In this document: positions 58,284 through 64,000 of the stretch, piece after piece
Layout of the letters: the number at the start of each line of letters is the position of its first letter
How positions within the stretch are numbered: position 1 is the stretch's first letter
Source of the DNA: Thermoplasmata archaeon
GTDB lineage: Archaea; Thermoplasmatota; Thermoplasmata; Halarchaeoplasmatales; Halarchaeoplasmataceae
Assembly: GCA_046498385.1 (NCBI GenBank)
Contig: JAWOAU010000011.1
Coordinates: forward strand, 4,315-68,314
Length of the DNA stretch: 64,000 bases
Reading direction: 5' to 3'
Notes under the pieces: model-generated
What the model saw: only the letters and a program-made list of their open reading frames with translations
Told to the model about the DNA's origin: nothing
Databases searched by the model: none
Translations under genes and position numbers: made by a program

Positions 58284-60247
58284 CCTATCAGTATAACAAT
58301 GGTCAATATGATGGTACATACCATCAACACTCTGCCAAGGGCGAATTTAAATTCCGTAGGATCGGATTGGTACTTTATTCCCACCGAAAAATAGGTGATC
58401 ACCGCACTCATAGTTAGTAAATACCCCGCTATAACAAGGGTAAATTCGTAGGGAGTTATTATCCCCTGACCCGAGATGTCCATAAACACTCTATATAACA
58501 TTGAATAAAGGGCCACTATTATACCCATGACCACGGGAGCGAAGAACATGGATGTGGCTTCCATCATCTCCACCGATTGGACCAGCTCCGAACGTATATC
58601 CTTTTCCATCTCCTGCATATCCTTGAGATACTCGGAATTTTGTAATATGATGGTACCTGCGGATGGTGGACTCTTTTGAGAGACGGATATCACGGATTTC
58701 ATACTGGCTTTGATCGTCCTAGAGGGGTGTGAGTTCAAGATCCCTTTGTTTCCAAAGAGGGCATCTTTTAAAGGCATCCTTTTTAATCTCGTTAAGGTGG
58801 TTATGTTTTTAAACAAGTTTCCGGCCTTGGAGCCGCTCATGCTTTTTCCGGTCTCTTCTATGGATTTTTCTAGGGATTTCCCCTCGGCCATCCTGCTCCC
58901 CAGCTGAAAAAGTGCATCGGGAAATTCTTTCTCCAGTTCCAATATCTCCATCCTTTGCTTTCTTTGTTTCCAGGAACTACTTATAAGGTAGTAAGAGACT
59001 GCAAGGACGGGAGCCCATATCCAGGGCAGGGGCATCAAAAATTCCAGTTGAGTGCGAAATAACCATACTAATATTAGTCCCGAAACAAGGATCGCCGACG
59101 GTATATAGTATGCAGTTTTCTCATCAGTGTCCATGGACGGTAAAACAGTGGTGCCAGGGCGGTTGATCAATATCTTATATGAATAAACAAATGCACCGAA
59201 GGGTATCAGTATGTTCATCAGAAGGACCACGTGGGCCAGTTTCAGACCACCGGTCTGTTCAGCCTGTTCTTGGTATATTGAGGTCAAATCCAGACCACCT
59301 AGGGTCATCATAGGCATCATGGCGCCGATTATAAGGGGCAGTAAGATACCTAGGGCAAAAAGTATGGTAGTGGGTGTTTTAAGAGAATTGGAAAAGTCCC
59401 GTATCTTTTGCTTTGTTCCTGTTGTTATGATGTCGTTGGCACGTTGAAGGGTGGCCTCTAGTCCTTCTTGGGTATTTTCCAATACAGACGAACGGATAAC
59501 ATAAAGTGATCTTTTTAGGTCGTCGTTCCATTCGCCCCATTCGCCCGCAAGGGCTATGATTGAGTCCTCCAAACTGCTCCTCTGCCTCAGATACACTTCC
59601 CAAATGGCTTTTTTTAGCCTTGATGCCAGGGGTTCGTCTACATTATTCGCCGCAAACAATATCGCATTGTGCAGTGACGGATGTGCCCTCATGGACATGG
59701 TCATGTAATTTATCCCTTCGGGGGCGGAACCTATTGTTTTGGCTTTGAGCTGTTGCGATCTGATCTCAGGATAATTGGCTAAATAGACGAGCACGCCCAT
59801 GGGAGCGGCCAAAAATAATGGTATCACCCACAATAGGACGGATATAAAGCTTAACCCGTAGGTCAGGTGGAATATGGATACTATGACTAATAATATCATA
59901 AAGGTTACAAATGCTCCGAAGACGGAGAGCAGCATTATTTCTTCTTCCTCAACATCGTAACCTATGAATTCCGCGGTACGATCGAACTCCGCTTTGGTGT
60001 AGGAACGTTGAATAACTTTGTATTTTTTTGATTTTTTCTCTTTTTCTTTTAAGCACTTTTTGTATTCCAAAGAATCCTTTCCATGCAGCACCAGTGCCTG
60101 GACTAGGTCCCTTTCAGCATCCTTTAGTTTCCGACGGGCTTCAAGGTATTTTTCCTTTTTTTCCTTTCTCTTTTCTATTATCTCTACCCGTGATGCTCCA
60201 AACCTTTTGTTTACTGCCTTGCAGAGTTTGATATATTGATCAGACAT
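58262..60247 (-). CDS. Type II/IV secretion or pilus inner-membrane platform protein (TadC/ArlJ-like)
   Basis: Two T2SSF-like units (EGINYM...SLHNAI; EFPDALFQLG.RM.EG..LE) with multiple TM helices; adjacent to the ATPase. Confidence 0.8.
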   Translation of the reverse strand: MSDQYIKLCKAVNKRFGASRVEIIEKRKEKKEKYLEARRKLKDAERDLVQALVLHGKDSLEYKKCLKEKEKKSKKYKVIQRSYTKAEFDRTAEFIGYDVEEEEIMLLSVFGAFVTFMILLVIVSIFHLTYGLSFISVLLWVIPLFLAAPMGVLVYLANYPEIRSQQLKAKTIGSAPEGINYMTMSMRAHPSLHNAILFAANNVDEPLASRLKKAIWEVYLRQRSSLEDSIIALAGEWGEWNDDLKRSLYVIRSSVLENTQEGLEATLQRANDIITTGTKQKIRDFSNSLKTPTTILFALGILLPLIIGAMMPMMTLGGLDLTSIYQEQAEQTGGLKLAHVVLLMNILIPFGAFVYSYKILINRPGTTVLPSMDTDEKTAYYIPSAILVSGLILVWLFRTQLEFLMPLPWIWAPVLAVSYYLISSSWKQRKQRMEILELEKEFPDALFQLGSRMAEGKSLEKSIEETGKSMSGSKAGNLFKNITTLTRLKRMPLKDALFGNKGILNSHPSRTIKASMKSVISVSQKSPPSAGTIILQNSEYLKDMQEMEKDIRSELVQSVEMMEATSMFFAPVVMGIIVALYSMLYRVFMDISGQGIITPYEFTLVIAGYLLTMSAVITYFSVGIKYQSDPTEFKFALGRVLMVCTIILTIVILIGQSFLVW

Positions 60248-61961
60248 ATCTCGTCCTCATTTCGTACCATTCCATCCACTCTTTTTTTATCTCCTCATGT
60301 GAACCGGTTCCGTGATACTCCTCCACCAGATTCCAAAACTTGTCGTTGGTTTCCGAAACCCATGATGGACTTAGGAGATCCATTCCTTTCTTTTTCGACG
60401 TCTCTACCATCTTCGCTCTTAGGTCTGAACGCAAGTTGATATTCTCTATGGCTTGCTCATAGGTGATCGCCCATGACCGGGCGATGTGACCTATACGCTC
60501 GGAGTCTCTTTTCAATGTATTCGTGCTCTTTAGACCGTTGTCATAACGCATAAGGTCTGTAAAGGTACCTTCCTCGTATTCGGAGACATGTGTCAAGGTT
60601 CTTATCCTTCGCTGGGTTCCCCCTGGACGTATCATCCCGGCTATAAGCACTAAGTCCGTTGCGGAGAAGCTCTCCTCTGATATACCCATATCGAAGACCA
60701 CCCTTTCATAGACCGCATCCGGGGAGTCGCCGTGTATGGTCCCCATCACCGCACTTCCCGCGGTGCCGGCCCTCATAGCCTCGTATAGGGTTCTGGCTTC
60801 CTTACCTCTAACCTCACCAAGTACTAGGGATGATTCCCCGAGGCGTAAAGATACCCGCAGGGCATCGTCGGCGGTCATCTCGTTCTTTTCAAGAAGGGAA
60901 CCCACCGTTAGACTCTGTATGTTGTAACCCAACTGCTGCATGGTACGGGAAGGGAGTTCCCGAGTATCTTCGATGGTGAGTATCCGCTGACTTCTGGGGA
61001 ATTCCATCATCAACGCACTGAGTATAGATGTCTTACCCGCACCTCTGCTGCCTGCTACAAGTAAGGTACTTCGCCCGTCGACAAGAAAGGAAAGCAAACC
61101 TGCGGCTAGGGGTGTCATGCTCCCCACCCTGATCAGCTTCGGTAAGGTCCATGGTTCCTTGTTTCTTCTTCTGAGGGCCAAAGCGATCCCTTCCTGGCTC
61201 AAAGGTCTGCCGATGGCGGTAATACGGGTCTCGAACTCTTTTAAATTAGTTTCCAATACCGGGAATGCCTCGGAGAAGGGCTTTCCGCTTTCGGCCCTGA
61301 ACCGGGCCAACATACTCTCCACTTCTTCGTTGGTCAGATATATGTTAGTCCTGCATTTGTCCCTTATATCCGGTACACCCCCGAGCTCAACGTAAACGTT
61401 ATTGTCCTCCGAAGGGGCATCGATATAGATGTCCTGTACATGGGGGTCCCTTAACAGGGTTTCCACGACGCCATAGCCTGCGGTGTATTTTGTCAGTATG
61501 TCTACCAACACCTGAATGTCACTTGCAGTTTCTTCCCTGTTATCCTCCAAGGATATATCCAATTTTTCCGATGTCTTACTTATCATCTGTTTGCCTATGG
61601 ACTTGATGTACCTCCGTACCCCTTCGGTCGATGAAAGATCGGCCTTGATAGATGAATGGGCGTATAGGTTATCCATCACCTCGTTTAGTAGGACGTAGTA
61701 TTTCTTATCGAGGGTATATTCGTTGGGGGCGATGTAGTAATAATCATCGGTGCTATTTTTATCTCTGTACAAAGACACCTTGGTGTGCTTGATATAATAT
61801 TCTAGAACTTTTTCCAGATATTCGGGCAGTTTTATCGTCACCCAGGTGTAGGAAAAGCTGGGTCTCAATTCTCTTTCTCTCTCAGATATCTTTAGGATGC
61901 CGTTGAAAAACCGGTCGCCCCTTATATTTCCTATCTCCTTTACCTGCTCTGCGAAATTCAT
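60240..61961 (-). CDS. Type II/IV secretion or pilus assembly ATPase (TadA/VirB11/ArlI-like)
   Basis: GSRGAGKT, TIEDT.EL, LGEVRG.EA, GTIHG. Confidence 0.92.
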   Translation of the reverse strand: MNFAEQVKEIGNIRGDRFFNGILKISERERELRPSFSYTWVTIKLPEYLEKVLEYYIKHTKVSLYRDKNSTDDYYYIAPNEYTLDKKYYVLLNEVMDNLYAHSSIKADLSSTEGVRRYIKSIGKQMISKTSEKLDISLEDNREETASDIQVLVDILTKYTAGYGVVETLLRDPHVQDIYIDAPSEDNNVYVELGGVPDIRDKCRTNIYLTNEEVESMLARFRAESGKPFSEAFPVLETNLKEFETRITAIGRPLSQEGIALALRRRNKEPWTLPKLIRVGSMTPLAAGLLSFLVDGRSTLLVAGSRGAGKTSILSALMMEFPRSQRILTIEDTRELPSRTMQQLGYNIQSLTVGSLLEKNEMTADDALRVSLRLGESSLVLGEVRGKEARTLYEAMRAGTAGSAVMGTIHGDSPDAVYERVVFDMGISEESFSATDLVLIAGMIRPGGTQRRIRTLTHVSEYEEGTFTDLMRYDNGLKSTNTLKRDSERIGHIARSWAITYEQAIENINLRSDLRAKMVETSKKKGMDLLSPSWVSETNDKFWNLVEEYHGTGSHEEIKKEWMEWYEMRTRYV

Positions 61962-61965
61962 GTAT

Positions 61966-62466
61966 TCACCCTATTATTCCGTAGGCCTTATGTTTAACAT
62001 CATTTGATATGGTAATAAATTTACCACCTATGCGTTCAAGGTCCTCCTTGGTTGTTTTACGGCATTTCGGACAATCATCGGCTTTCATCAAGTTGAAAGC
62101 TATTTTTTTGTAGGTTTTAAAAAGTTCTTGGGGGTCCTTTTTTATCTTGTTGTCAAGTTCACTGAATAATATCTTCGGGGATACCTTGCAATCCTTGCAT
62201 TTACTTTCATTCGTTTTTCTCAATGACAATCTTTTCAATTCTCTAGATAGTGTACCCAAGTTGCTTAAAATCCGCACCGCATCGCCCTTTATCATGGTTT
62301 CTTTATGGTCTGAAAATATGATATTGTCTATGTTATATTCCATGGACATCATGCTCACAATTTGCGGGTAGCATCTTTTCAGGTCGAAATCCACTTCACA
62401 CTCTATGCAGTTAACGATGATTCTCCTGCCGCTGGGTTTTTCTTTAACATCATAATCACATTTCAT
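61966..62466 (-). CDS. Cys-rich protein upstream of the secretion ATPase
   Basis: C..CIEC...C, CKDC, CPKC; 4-nt gap to the ATPase start. Confidence 0.7.
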   Translation of the reverse strand: MKCDYDVKEKPSGRRIIVNCIECEVDFDLKRCYPQIVSMMSMEYNIDNIIFSDHKETMIKGDAVRILSNLGTLSRELKRLSLRKTNESKCKDCKVSPKILFSELDNKIKKDPQELFKTYKKIAFNLMKADDCPKCRKTTKEDLERIGGKFITISNDVKHKAYGIIG

Positions 62467-62575
62467 ATGATCAACGCCATGACATTTGAGCAGACACTAG
62501 AATAATATAAAAGGCTTGCTATTCTGAGGACGGTAACATTTTTATCTTATGACTTAATCCACCGTATTGATTATC

Positions 62576-62866
62576 ATGTATGCAGTATTCGAAGTTCCCG
62601 GGGATAAAAAAGACATAGTACCTAAGGTACTCTCCGATGAGTTGGTAAGCAGACAGAGTTCCAGTGTTAGAGATGGTGAAAGTCTGGGATTTGAGGATGG
62701 AACTACCTACGCTTTGATCGAGGGTATGGAAGAAGGTGTAGGGAAGGCCGAGGAACTCTTCAAAGAGAACGATATAGAAGCGATGGAAGACGATAAAGAA
62801 GTCTACGAAGCCATCAAAGCAGCCGACGAGGATGCAGCAGCAGGTGTTGGCACTATCTTCGGATGA
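62576..62866 (+). CDS. Conserved acidic hypothetical protein
   Basis: DELVSRQS...RDG...LG, YALIEG, AAAGVGTIFG; probable start ATG 62576. Confidence 0.75.
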   Translation: MYAVFEVPGDKKDIVPKVLSDELVSRQSSSVRDGESLGFEDGTTYALIEGMEEGVGKAEELFKENDIEAMEDDKEVYEAIKAADEDAAAGVGTIFG

Positions 62867-63083
62867 ATGTTTTGTGTGCAGGATCCCATCCTTTCGGTTC
62901 TACTAGAACGTACTTCCACTTACCCGGAAGGATACGGCAGTTATCGCACAACGGATTGTTATACCTCCCACTATAATCGGCGGAGTCGATTAGCTTTTTA
63001 TAAAAAGCCCGATAAACGATCCAAATGTTTTTAGTTTCATGGGAAACTGTTATATAGGATAGTTTCGTAGGAAACTTGTTTCT

Positions 63084-64000
63084 ATGAAATACGACCCATC
63101 AGATCCGGAAAAGGATGAACAATCCGTTCACCTAGGAAAATTTCACCGGCTTAAAGATATAATGTCTCAACCAAAAAAGGATGAGATAATCGAAGGCAAT
63201 ATCGTTCTTGTTATGTTCAAACTCGCTTGGCCCCTTATGATATCTTCTTTCCTCATGACCCTATACAATCTGGTGGATACCATATGGCTCGGAAGGCTCC
63301 CGGGAGAGGAAGCACGGTACTCTGTTGGTGCCATGGGTATGTCCTGGTCTGTTGTATTCTTGATGATGGGTCTGGGAATGGGCTTTGGAATAGCGGCTCT
63401 CGCTCTGATATCGCAACATACTGGCGCTAAACAGTTCGAGGAAGCGAATCGGGATGCGGGACAGCTTTACATATTGGCGATCCTGTTCTCCATGGTTGTA
63501 GGGGTCATTGGTTATCTGTTAACTCCGTTTTTTCTGGATTTCTTGACGGGGTCCGGTGCGGAAGCTGCTGCCCTAGCAAGTTACGGGACCCAATATCTAC
63601 AGATCATATTCCTGGGTCTGCCTTTCATGTTCATGTTCTTTTCCTTTTCCTTCATACTACGGGGTTGGGGGGATACTATCACACCCATGATTATCACGGC
63701 GGTTTCGGTATTCATAAACATAATATTGGACCCGATACTGATCTTCGGCTTCGGACCCATACCCAAGATGGGAATCCAAGGGGCGGCTATTGCTACTGTA
63801 GCAACCAGGGGTATAGGCGCATTGATCGGATTATATCTTCTTTTCCATGGCAACCTGGGTATCAGACTCAAATTATCATATCTCATACCGGACTTTACCA
63901 AGATAAAAAAGCTGTTGTCCATCGGGATTCCCGCATCCCTGGGCCGTGAAGGCAGCGCCATGGGGTTCATACTGATATGGTACTTTATAAACCGTTTACC
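63084..64000 (+). CDS. MATE-family efflux transporter (3' truncated by the window)
   Basis: Not in the ORF track; read by hand: KLAWPLMISSFLMTLYNLVDTIWLGRL, LRGWGDT.TPM, NIILDPILIFG...GIQGAAIAT. Confidence 0.92.
   Translation, partial: MKYDPSDPEKDEQSVHLGKFHRLKDIMSQPKKDEIIEGNIVLVMFKLAWPLMISSFLMTLYNLVDTIWLGRLPGEEARYSVGAMGMSWSVVFLMMGLGMGFGIAALALISQHTGAKQFEEANRDAGQLYILAILFSMVVGVIGYLLTPFFLDFLTGSGAEAAALASYGTQYLQIIFLGLPFMFMFFSFSFILRGWGDTITPMIITAVSVFINIILDPILIFGFGPIPKMGIQGAAIATVATRGIGALIGLYLLFHGNLGIRLKLSYLIPDFTKIKKLLSIGIPASLGREGSAMGFILIWYFINRL

Overview
Archaeal chromosomal window. The archaeal marker genes are rpoD, rps13/4/11, TFS, radA, archease and archaeal ribC/ribL. Gene style and the acidic proteome suggest an anaerobic, possibly halophilic Thermoplasmatota member (inference). 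Contents in order: (1) two tandem, paralogous giant proteins (~1,790+ and ~2,150 aa) with class III pilin signals, each carrying a different vWA module at the same nested site; the first is missing from the ORF track because it runs off the window; (2) sugar-modification, TPR, TFS, GNAT and wHTH-ATPase genes; (3) tRNA-Ser, a GLUG surface protein, tRNA-Leu and the rps13-rps4-rps11-rpoD cluster; (4) a korDABC 2-oxoacid:ferredoxin oxidoreductase operon, prs, hypB, XPD helicase, cysK, OsmC, UDG, tRNA-Ile and a small accessory block; (5) hypF, radA, archease and the ribB-ribL-ribC-ribH operon; (6) a tightly packed 13-gene, 12.7-kb operon: double-HdrA, MvhD/FlxD, FlxC, FlxB, FlxA, HdrC, HdrB, a soluble fumarate-reductase-like pair and a second korDABC; (7) a type IV pilus-type ATPase/membrane-platform pair and a partial MATE transporter. 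The best candidates for something new are the Hdr-Flx-Frd-Kor operon (possible electron-bifurcating coupling of two reductive-TCA steps), the giant modular pilin-adhesins with apparently exchangeable vWA cassettes, and two or three unannotated structured intergenic RNAs. All calls come from motif recognition by eye; no database searches were run.
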